From the human T2T-CHM13v2.0 reference genome, Homo sapiens, in NCBI RefSeq assembly GCF_009914755.1, contig NC_060943.1: a stretch of 64,000 bases of DNA; one strand, written 5' to 3'. The number at the start of each line of letters is the position of its first letter. Position 1 is the stretch's first letter. The notes under the pieces are model-generated. The model was not told the DNA's origin, searched no databases, and saw only the letters and a list, made by a program, of their open reading frames with translations. A program made the translations under genes and the position numbers. Of this stretch, positions 34,829 to 58,661 are shown piece after piece.

Positions 34829-35896
34829 TATCGGGGGAACCAGCCCCCAATATTTCCATGTATGTTCTTTTCTATTTTCCTTAAGTGTCAGCCAGTCTGA
34901 GAAATAAACAGAAAGAGTACAAGGAGAGAAATTTTACAGCTGAGCCTCTGGGGGTGTCATGACATATTGGTAGGACTGTGATGGTGACCTCGAGCTGCAA
35001 AACCAGCAAGTTTTTATTAGGGATTTTAAAAGGGGAGAGGGTGTACAAACAGGGAGTAGGTCATAAGGATCACATACTTCAAAGGGCAATAAAGATCACA
35101 AGGCAAGGCAAATTAGAATTCCTGATGAAGGTCTATGCCCCACCGTGCACACATTGTCTTGATAAACATCTTAACAGGAAACAGGGTTCAAGAGCAGAGA
35201 ACCGGTCTAACTAGAATTTAGCAGGCTGGAATTTCCCAATCCTAGTAAGCCTGAGGGTACTGCAGGAGAACGGGGCATATTTCCGTCCTTATCTCAACCG
35301 CATAAGACAGACACTCCCAGAGTGGCCTTCTATAGACCTACCCCCAGGAAGGCATTCCTTCCCCAGGGTTATCAATTATTAATATTCCTTGCTGGGAAAA
35401 GAATTCAGTGATACTTCTCCTATTCACACATCTGTCTATAGGCTCTCTGCAAGAAGAAAAATATGACTGTATTCTGCCCAACCCCACAGGCAGTCAGACC
35501 TTATGTTTATCTTCTCTTGTTCCCTGAAAATTGCTGTTATTCTGTTCTTTTTCAGGGTGCACTGATTTCATATTGTTCAAACACACATATTTTACAATCA
35601 ATTTGTACAATAGTGGTCCTGAGGTGACGTACATTCTCAGCTTATGAAGATAACAGGATTAAGAGATTAAAGTAAAGACAGGCATAAGAAATTATAAGAG
35701 CATTATTAGGGAAGTGATAAATGTCCATGAAATCTTCAGAATTTATGTTCAGAGATTGCAGTAAAGACAGGCATAAGAAATTATAAAAATATTAATTTTG
35801 GGAACTGACAAATGTCCATGAAATCTTAACAATTTATGTTCTTCTGCCTCAGTTCCAGCTGGTCCCTCTGTTCAGGGTCTCTGACTTCCCACAACA
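34829..35896 (-). mobile_element. MER11 (HERV-K HML-8) solo LTR
   Basis: 1068 bp. The minus strand starts TGTTGTGGGAAGTCAGAGACCC. Internal tandem duplication of the AAAGACAGGCATAAGAAATTATAA..GTCCATGAAATCTT unit. Perfect 6-bp TSD CAAACT (34823-34828 / 35897-35902). Confidence 0.9.
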
Positions 35897-36529
35897 CAAA
35901 CTAGAGGAAACGTTCCCAATTTTTTTATCAAAAAGTAGTTTTTACTTGTCTATACATTCTATGCAGAGTTGTTTTTCTTACATCTAGTAGTTTTAATTAC
36001 ATACGTTAATTACATTAACTCTGAACAACCAAATTTTTAGTGAAATCTCAAGGAAGTAATTTTGAACAGTTTCATATCAGTATTTGTGACAAAAACAATT
36101 TTATATTTTTTAAAAAAGATGATTTTCTCAAATTTTCTGTTAACTAACAGATCTAAATCTATTTAGTTTTTTAAACATCATATAAAAATAAGATTCCAGT
36201 AAATCATGGTGTCTCACACTTGTAATCCCAGCACTGTGGGAGGTCAAGACATGAAGACTGTTTAAGCCCAGAAGTTTGAGACCAACCTGGGCAACATAGT
36301 GAAACCCACGTCTACAAAAGATACAAAAATTAGTTGGGCATAGAGCCCTCCACCTGGAGTACAAGCTATTCAGGAGGCTAAGGTAGGAGGATTGCCTGAG
36401 CCTAGGAGTTTGAGGCTACAGTGAACCATGATGGAGCCACTACACTCCCTCCAAAGTCACAGAGTGAGACACTTTCTTAAACAAAAAAAATGCTAATGTA
36501 TATAAACTTAAACTTATGGGTTTCTTTGC

Positions 36530-41370
<4,841 letters not shown>

Positions 41371-41399
41371 TAATTTTTTTTTTTTTTTTTTGTACTTGA

Positions 41400-41504
<105 letters not shown>

Positions 41505-41507
41505 TGA

Positions 41508-41819
<312 letters not shown>

Positions 41820-41864
41820 TAAAGTTTTTTTTCTTTAAAAGTTTTCAAACATTTGCTATGATGA

Positions 41865-42135
<271 letters not shown>

Positions 42136-44368
42136 TGATCCGCCCACCTCGGCCTCCCAAAGTGCTGCGATTACAGGCATGAGCCACCACGCCCGGCCTC
42201 AGCTTTGATCTTCTAAACTCATCCTTCATCTTTTCCAAAAATTATTCCATGTCTTTTCAAAATGCTTCTCCAGTTTTGTTTTGTTTTTTCTTGAAACAGG
42301 GTCTCACTCTATCACCCAGTTTTGCTTGCAATGGTGTAACCAATCATGGCTCACTGCAGCCTGGACCTTCCAGGCTCAAGCAATCCTCCTGCCTCTGCCA
42401 CCTAACTAGCTGCAACTACAGGCATGCACCACCATGGCTGGCTAATTTCTTCATTTTTGTCATGAAAACAAACTCTTATTATGTTACTCAGGTTGCACTG
42501 GAACTCCTGCGCTCACATAATTCTCCCATCTCAGCCTCCCAAAGTGCTAAAAATATAGGTGTGAGCCACTGTGTTCTTCTGCAAATTTTTTTTTTTTTTA
42601 ATACAGAGGCTGGCTCTGTTGCCCAGGCTGGAGTGCAGTGGCACGATCTTAGCTCACTGCAACCTCCGCCTCCCCAGTTCAAGTAATTCTCCTGTCTCAG
42701 CCTCCTGAGTAGCTGGGATTGCAGGTGCACACCACCACGTCTGGCTAATGTTTGTATTTTTAGTAGAGACAGGGTTTCACCATGTTGGTCAGGCTGCTCT
42801 GGAACTCCTGACCCCATGATCCACCCACCTTGGCCTCCCAAAGTGCAAGGATTACAGGCATGAGCCACTGCACGTGGCCTCTTCTGCAATTTCTTAAGAG
42901 GATTATTTCCAGTGATAAACAGTAGTATATGAACACAAACCTAAAAGGAATCTGACTTATTCTGTAGAAGTGTCACTCTCCAGGATTTCAAGGGTCTAGG
43001 GCAGGGCAGCTACTTTAGTAGTATGATCTATGGAGGTGCATGGGCCTTGGCGTCAGATAAAGTTGATCCTGAGTCTTATTTCAGTCACTTAGTACTCGTG
43101 GGTCTTTGGATATGTTTGTTGATGTGGAGAAGCTCTATATACCACATATGCAAAAAAGGTAGACTGATACTGATTGCAAAATGGCAGCAATTTTTCTGCC
43201 CTCTTGTATCTATGCCCATTGTCAGGTGCTTTTACAGCTGTTTCCATCAAGATCCAGAATCTGTCTTCCAAACCCTAGATCTGGCTGGCCTTATTTGCTC
43301 AGGGCAGTAGAAACTTGTGAACATGACAGTGGGCTAGTTTGGGGCCCAGGCTCAAATGGTCTTGAATACTTCTGTTTTTTGTTCAGAATGCTGCAATCTC
43401 CATGAATAAAGCCCATGTTAGCAAGCTTAAAAATAAGATACCATGAGGAGGAGAAGCAAGGTGCCCCTGTTGAGCCCCAGAAGCAGAAGATCACCCCCAG
43501 AAGTACAGCTGGCTAGTCAACAAGCAGCTGATGATACCAGTCTGAAAGAGCTCAGCTGATACCAGAAGAACGGCCCCACTCACCCAGCCTAAATGGCTGA
43601 TCATCTTAATTATAAACTAGTAAGTTTTGGATGATTTGTTATGCTGCAATAGCTAACTAATACATGCACCAGTGCAGATAGGATGCCAGGATTCAGTGAC
43701 AGGTTGATTACTTGTTGCCTTCTAACAGTGGGCACCCTCTAGGTACTGATTTCTTCCCCTAATTTAAAGTTGGATGTCTTGAAAGAGAATGTTGGGTAAT
43801 GCAGAAATACAGGGAGACATGTATGCATGTGATTGGTGTTTATATTCGCACAGTCCCCACACCACAGGAGAAAACAGATAACCACAGCCTCGCAATTAGG
43901 GTCAAGGCCAAATAGCAAAATAAGTTTGCCTTTAATCTATTTTCTCTGTATCTAAACACTGGAGTCCAAGAATGTGGGCAGAACTGAAGACACAGAGTTT
44001 TTTTCTCCTAAGCTCCATCATCCTATGTTCACAGCCTAATCTCTAAAAGAAAGGTGGGCAACAGGTGGTAAGCAGTGGTTTACCTGTGGTTATTTTATTT
44101 CTGCTGCCCTCAGCTCTTTCTATGGCCACTATCTGTTCCAACCTCGGAACTGAAGATAGATGTTAGTAGGGAGAGGCCCTTCCTTCCCCTCTGGCCCTTC
44201 ACACCACTGACATCAGAGCTGCCATGTGTGGCTCCTGGGTGCCTGGAATGTGCTTGGTCTGAACCGCGATATGCTAGAAAGGTAAAACACAGAGTTATTT
44301 TCAAAAATTTAGTTGCAAATATTTATATACTTCATTAATAATTACATATTCCTCACACATTAAAATGA

Positions 44369-44652
<284 letters not shown>

Positions 44653-44663
44653 TGATCTCGTGA

Positions 44664-44972
<309 letters not shown>

Positions 44973-45339
44973 TGATCTGCCCGCCTTGTACTCCTAAAGT
45001 CCTAGGATTACAGGCGTGAGCCACCATGCCTGGCCCCTTGTTTCTTTTTAATTTTCTAGTTTGGCTACCAGAAAATTCAAAATTCACGTGGCTCACATTT
45101 TATTTCAGAGGATTACCTCCTTTTTAAAATCTCAGGCTGCCTGCTCAAAGGACCGTAAGCCAGGAAAGTAAAAAAACCCTGAAATTTTAAAACATTTGTT
45201 ATTATATCCTTTTCATTTATGTATAGCCATATGATATAGTATTTACAAATGCATATGACCTTATACGCAAGGTTGAATGCAAATACCCTTTGGGGTGGGC
45301 CTATCTCAGCTCAAGGAGGAAGCCCTGCCTGAAAAGGCT

Positions 45340-46020
45340 GCAGCCTAGGCGGTCACTCTTTCTTCATTCAGCCCAGCATCTAATTACATCTTCTGTCAGT
45401 CAGGGCCTGAGAGGGTGGGGTTTTAAACGTTATCCATTCAGCGACGCTGGGCTGGGAACTGTCCAATCAGGCACGCAGCTTGAGCGGAGAGGACGGCTTC
45501 CGGGATGTGGCGGGATTTGTCCGCTTCTTTGTCTTTGGCTGCCGCTGGAACTCCGGGTCTCGTCTTCACTGCTCTGTGTCCTCTGCTCCTAGAGGCCCAG
45601 CCTCTGGTCCTGTGACCTGCAGGTATTGGGAATCCACAGCTAAGACGCCGGGACACCCTGGAAGCCTAGAAATGGTGAGAGTGCGGGGTCCAACATCCCG
45701 AGAGAGGGGAAGGGCTGGTTGGAACCGGTGGGAAGTGGCTGTGGCGAGACTCAGGCCTCCCCGCAGTCAGCTCTACAATCTGCGCCCCGAGTTCTCCTTG
45801 CCCAGCTCGGCCTCAGTCGCCTTCAGCCATAAGATGGCGGTTGCGCCGACAGCCCGGCCCCCGGGCGTCCTGTCTCTTCCCTGCATAGTGACTGTGCCCT
45901 TGCCTGGAGCCCTCTCTGGGGAATCTCTGCACCCGCAGCGCCGCTTCTCTACCGGATTGTGCAGGGACCGTGGGAGGGTCGTCAGGGGAGAATCCTGACT
46001 TGGGGTGCGGGTTCATGAAT
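45340..46020 (+). promoter_or_regulatory. CpG-island promoter of the plus-strand ZNF gene
   Basis: CpG-rich. CCAAT 45463-45467, ETS CTTCCGG 45497-45503, YY1 AAGATGGCGG 45831-45840. Mirror image of 15560-16260. Confidence 0.85.
45672..45674 (+). CDS. ZNF738: KRAB-ZNF gene, coding exon 1 (ATG only, at the end of the 5'UTR exon ~45500-45674)
   Basis: CCTAGAA-ATG|gtgaga: the ATG is followed directly by a GT donor, the typical first-exon layout of ZNF91-family genes. It lies in a CpG island and splices in frame to 48297. Confidence 0.9.
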
Positions 46021-46245
46021 GGGAGGAGGTTTGTTCCGTGGGGTTCCCAGTTCCTATTATCTCCTATTAAAAGTTAATGGGAGTCACTGCAAAAATATTA
46101 AAAGAATTTAATCAAAGAGTGGTTCTAGGCTGGGCGCGGTGGCTCACGCCTGTAATCCCAGCACTTTGGAAGGCCGAGGTGGGCGGATCAGAGGTCAGGA
46201 GATCAAGACCATCCTGGCTAACACGGTGAAACCCCGTCTCTACTA

Positions 46246-46452
<207 letters not shown>

Positions 46453-46805
46453 CTAGAATTGTAGAGCACCAAGCTGTGGTTTTTAGTTTGTGGTCTATGG
46501 GAGAGGCTTGAAAGAAAGTCTTTTGTAAAATGCATGATGAAGAAAACCAAATTTAGTAATTGGTTAGGTACAGTTACGTGGTTTTTTAATTTGTACATTA
46601 AAGGTGAAAATTTCCTGGTTATGTAATCGGAGCTCAATTGGCAGTTTATAGTAGGTGAAGCCTGAATTTTGTTTCTCTGAATTTAGTAATTAAAAATAAT
46701 GCGCCTGAGTTAGATTTTTTAAATTGAAGTAGGAACCCAGGGACTAGAGAAACCTCAGTCTAATTGCCTGCCACTTAATTATTTTCACACTCCACAGGGA
46801 ACTGA

Positions 46806-47294
<489 letters not shown>

Positions 47295-47628
47295 TAGTGT
47301 ACTTTTTTATACCGTATTTTAATTAATTATTTTTTGGCAAGGCATTAAATGGTGCTTTTTTCTTTTCTTTTTTTTTTGAGACGGAGTTTCACTCTTGTTG
47401 CAAAGGCACATTCTCGGCTCACCACAACCTCCGCCTCCGGGTTCACGAGGTTCTCATGCCTCAGCCTCCCAAGTAGCTGGGTTTACAGGCATGCACCACC
47501 ACGCCCAGCTGATTTTGTATTTTTAGAAGAGATAGGGTTTCTCCATGTTGGTCAGGCTGGTCATGAACTCCCGACCTCAGGTGATCCGCCCGCCTTGGCC
47601 TCCCGAAGTGCTGGGATTACAGGCGTGA

Positions 47629-47835
<207 letters not shown>

Positions 47836-48248
47836 TAATTTTTTATTTTTAGTAGAGACAGGGTTTCTCTATGTTGGTCAGGCTGGTCTCGAACTCCCGA
47901 CCTCAGGTGATCCGCCCGCCTCGGCCTCCCAAAGTGTGGGGATTACAGGCGTGAGCCACCACACCCAGACCAATGGTACTTTTAAGAAGGTTTGTTATCT
48001 GTTTGTAAATATTTTCCATGAAAAGAAAGCAAATAATAATCCCCTGACACTGTGTTGCAAAAAATCTCTGTGTGTCTTTTCCTTTTATCTTTCTAGGCAC
48101 AGAGATGTTATCGGAATTTTTTTGGGTCAGAGTTCTGCTTTGGAAAATTTATGGGGTGATGTGTCCTCAGCCACCGTTTAGTTTTTTCCCGGTCCTGGGT
48201 TTCAGTATTATCTGGGGATAAACCGAGATATCTGCCATGGTTATGTCA

Positions 48249-48677
<429 letters not shown>

Positions 48678-50621
48678 CTACCAACCCTGCTTCCATTTCA
48701 TGGAGACAAATTGCTTGTCAGCCAATCAGATGCTGGTAATGAGGAACAAACACAGTAATAACTTCTGCCCCCTGGATTCTGTAAGGGAGCAGAAGAATAG
48801 TGAAATAAATATAGTAAAAGAAAAAGAGTAAAAAACAGTGAAAAATATGTGACCAAAAAAATAGTATCCCGAAAGACAAACAACAAAAACAACAACAAAC
48901 TGACTCCAGTGAGATGGTGTAAGAACTTGCAAAGTAAAATGCACCTAGGGCAGTCACCGAAAAATAGTGCAGTGTCTCCTGAATGGGTGGTTCTTGAGCA
49001 CATAAGTGAGCAGGAGTGGGTGGAAGGATCTCTCAAGTGATTGAATGGCCTGACTTGAAACGTGAGTCAGACACATCTGTTATTTAACCAGCACTGCCAT
49101 TCCTGGATTTGTCACCTTGAAGAGATTTGTTCACTTATTTTCACCTGTTTTTTAGCTGTAAGGTTACATTATATTAGTAGGGCTTGAAAGGTAGAAAAAT
49201 ATTTACAAAGGGCATAAAAGACGTGGGATTCAAAAAAATTAATCATATATTTCATTTGTTAAAAATTTTCACTTACCTTTTTCTTTCCCAGAGTGAGTTT
49301 ACAAGTTTTCTCAGGTGTAGCTTTTAATGGCTGGGTGATTTCAAACAGAATTTCAAGCTTAGCTTTCAGAATGCTACCAAGAAAAAGAAGAGGAAAAATG
49401 TCTATTCCATTTTTGCCGTAGAAAATGAATACGTTTCCACAAGAAAATGTGGTAGATAATTGGTGAGTTACATAGATTCATGAAAACATCAGTTCCTTTT
49501 TTTGGCAGGGTAAATTTTTGACAGCGAATATCTCTGTTCAAATTCTGTTATCTTGATTTCTGAGTTTTATGCTAAATTTTATGAGATGAAACTTGGTATT
49601 GCCTGGAAGTGTTTCCATATGACTAAATGTTTGCTGCATGATTTTTAATGGAATTAATAGAATAATACATTTATTTTCTGATAGAAATACTTTTGCTTTT
49701 CTTATTAAGGTATAAAATGTAAGCACCTTAAAATTTTCTTCCCTTATAGGAATACTGTGTTTGAGTAATTTTTTTGGATTTTTCAAACAACTTAGTTTCA
49801 AAAACCAAGTGAGCAACTCTAACATGGAAATTAAAGCTTGAGCCCAGTGACTCAGAGCTAGGGCTTATATTGAGACTGTAAAAGTAGGTTATTAAAGGTC
49901 CAGTTAGTTTTTTCTGGAGTGCCTCTCCTGCAGATGTTCTAGCCTGCTCACTCCAGTCATGGAAGAAGCCTTTCTGATGAGAGAAGCTAGAGTCCTGGAA
50001 AGCTACAGGCAGATGAGTTAAGGTTAAGACAAAAGGGGACTGGGAGGGTCTTACTGACCGTGTAGTTGTTTTAAGGCAGTTTCTAGACTTTGTAATATGT
50101 TATAAAGTTAATTTCTGTTAAAAAATTTGAATTCTAGACCCAGGCACGGTGGTTCATGCCTGTAATCCCTGCACTTTGGGAGGCCAAGGTGGGCGGATCA
50201 CCTGAGGTCAGGAGTTTGAGACCAGCCTGACCAATATAGTGAAACCCCATCTCTACTAAAAATACAAAAATTAACTGGGCGTGGTGATGGGTGCCTATAA
50301 TCCAGCTATTCTGGAGGCTGAGACAGGAGAAATGGTTGAACCCAGGAGTCGGAGGTTGCAGTGAGCCGATAACGGTCCCACTGCACTCCAGACTGGGTGA
50401 CAGTGAGACTCCATTTAAAAAAAAAAAAAAAAAATTGAATTCTAGAGCCCGGCATGGTGGCTCATGTCTGTAATCCCAGCACTTTGTGAGGCTGAGGCGG
50501 GCATACCACCTGATGTCAGGAGTTCGAGACCAGCCTGACCAATATGGTGAAACCCCGTCTCTACTAAAAATACAAAAATAATCCAGGCGTAGAGATGTGC
50601 ACCTGTAGTCCCAGTGACTTA

Positions 50622-50753
<132 letters not shown>

Positions 50754-51089
50754 TCAAAAAGAGCATTGCAACAGGAGGAATACCAATTATAAAAATTTTA
50801 AGGAATGCAATTTTAGGTAGACAAGGGCTTTTTTTCATAGAGTGGAGCCTACAAGATTAGAAAGAATGGAGGAGAATGGCAAACGGGGGGTTAAAAAATC
50901 AGATTTCAGATCAGAGAATGTTTTATCCTGAAGTCAGCATGTTCTTAGGAGGGATATAGAATGAAATTGTATAATGGCTCAGATTGAGGGTAGCTCAAAG
51001 TTCAGTAGCCTGTGAAAAATTTTATTTAGACCACTGAAGACAAATACAGCTGACTCTTTTAATAAGAAAAAGAAGAAAAGGTGCCAAGT

Positions 51090-53582
<2,493 letters not shown>

Positions 53583-54619
53583 GATTCTGTGTCTGGCTGT
53601 GTAATAAATAAGGAAAGAGAGCACCATCTAAGTCATAATGGGAAGGGTATTTCTTTCTATAAACTGTTCCTGAAGAACACAAAGGATGAAGAATTTTATT
53701 AATCACAGCTATTTACTAGGGTTATGTATGTGTTTCATCTTTCTACATCTTTTTTTGTCCTATACATTTCTTCTATTTGACTTTCCTCAGTTGTATATTT
53801 TATAATAAACTGGTAAACATAACTACAGTGTTTTTCTGAGTTCTGTGAGTAGCTCGATCAGATAATTGAACTTGAGAAAGGGCTCAGGAGTCCCCAGTTT
53901 TTAAACAGTAGCTCAGACACATAGATGGGCCTATGGGGTTTGTGACTGGCATCTGCAGTGAGGACAATGTTGTGAGACTGAGCCCTGAATCAGGGTCTGT
54001 GCTGACTCTGGGTGGTGTCAGAATTCAAATGTTAGACATTGAGTTGGTGTTAGAGAATTGCTTGATGTTCAGCAAATGCTACAGATTTGGTGCCAGAAGA
54101 AAGATATCACAGACGCCTGGCCTGCAGTGGAACTCCAGGTGTCTGAAAATGGAAGGCTCTGCTCTCCTGTACACAGACTGTCATACTGCCCATTGTCCTG
54201 TGATTCCAGGTCTCCTCTTAGGGTGAGAGAATGAAAACTCAGAGGAAAGGAGATCTAATGACAGACCCTCTGTCTCACAGCTGCCACCACAGGATTCCCA
54301 CCCACTCACAAACACACCCACTAGACATTGATGTGTCCACACTCCTCCCAGGACTAGGCACCACCATCAGGAACTTCACCACAGCATATTTGATCCTAGG
54401 GTTTCTTGCCAAAAAGACGCAAAAGTGTCTACAACTCTCCTGGCATATCCCCACTGTATCTGCAGCAGTAACCTGTTTTCTCCATCTACCTAGCATTATG
54501 GAGCACCTGTTCATAATCTCATCTGCCTGCATGGACACAGAAATAAATCAGAGTACAGCCCCACTGGGACCACTATCTGCAGAACAAACAGTTCTTTCCA
54601 GTTATATTGCACTCTTCTG

Positions 54620-57160
<2,541 letters not shown>

Positions 57161-58464
57161 CTTTGCTCCAAGTTTACAATCCTCAAGCTTGGCCCAGATG
57201 AAGTCTCTACTTATATTCATGTTGCCTCAGTTTTTTTCTTTTAGGTAGACATATTACTTAGAATGTGCTAGAGCAGCCTCTATGAAGGGATCTCTTCTTT
57301 GATTGTACTCGGCTTGCTGTAATGCCCAAGGATGCAGAGTCAGGCTAACCTCACCTAGAACCTGCACATAAGTTCTGGCCTCTGCCTGGGATTTACAAGA
57401 CAGGGCCAGACTTTGGGTTGAGAATGTACTGAAAACCAACAAAAGGCATTTTCTGTATTGTGAGATGTCAGTGTAGAAATCTTAAAGCCCCCATTTGAGA
57501 ATGTGGCTCTTTAAGCTTTTCAATCTTGTTCAGTGACCTGCTACAGTATGTGAGAGGCTCCTGGTGTAAATAGAATCTGATGATAGAATCTGTAAGTGTA
57601 AACAAGAATGAGAGATCAAGGCCACAAAGTATCCAGAGCCATAACCAAAACTATACCTACCGGTAATTGTGATATTGGAGTAAAGTATTCTCGTCCTTCT
57701 TCTTACCCAAAAGCTAGCAAAAATCAGGATAGGTGACCCAGGTTCTGGGGCTCCACCAAGGCAGTTCCATTTTCTATTTAGAATCAGCCTGAGTTTCTCC
57801 AGCCTGGCTTATCACTGGGCCATCAGCCCTGGGTCACTGGGAATCCTCTCCTAATCACCTGGGTGTCCTTAAGACATTTGAGGATGTCAAGGGTAGAATT
57901 ATGTCAGGCTAACAAGAATGATTAATTATGTTTCTGTCTCGTTGTAAGAGAAAGGAGACATCCTGTGTTTTTTTCTCCCTCATACAAGAGATAACTTTGG
58001 TTGTTACCCAGATGAGAGTTTCTCAAGTTTTCTGGTACTAGGGTGAAAGACAAAGAGGAGGTCTGGTGACTCAAACAAACTAATTGCTTCCACTTCATAT
58101 GGTCATTCAAAAAATAGATGAAGCAGTCAAGGTCCCTACCATCCAGGAAATTTTAGTCTAGACTAGCAACTGGATACATGGTTGAATTAAGCATTATATG
58201 GTTGGTACAGTGAATAGAAGTGTGCAAAAAAACCTTGGTCCACTTCTTTTTAATATTGTTGTGACTTCTGAAGTTATCACCTGAACGTATATTTATGGAC
58301 TGAAGAGTTGTTATTATTATTTGTGTTTCTTTTACTTTTCTAAGAATACATATTTATCTTCTAATAAAATTATCCTAGAAAACTTTAAAAGATCCATTTA
58401 AATTGCTTATTAGTATATGTTATAAAATTGACAGCAGTGGCAAAAATAGATTAGTGTTACATAA

Positions 58465-58661
<197 letters not shown>

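Noticed and set aside
35660-35845. Direct repeats that could suggest a CRISPR-like array
   Set aside because: Only two copies, forming the internal tandem duplication of the MER11 LTR. The context is eukaryotic and no cas genes are present.
45480-45998. 172-aa ORF across the CpG island
   Set aside because: It starts at TTG and reads through the exon-1 donor into a GC-rich intron, where stops are scarce. Only the ATG, and possibly the ACG leader, is meaningful.
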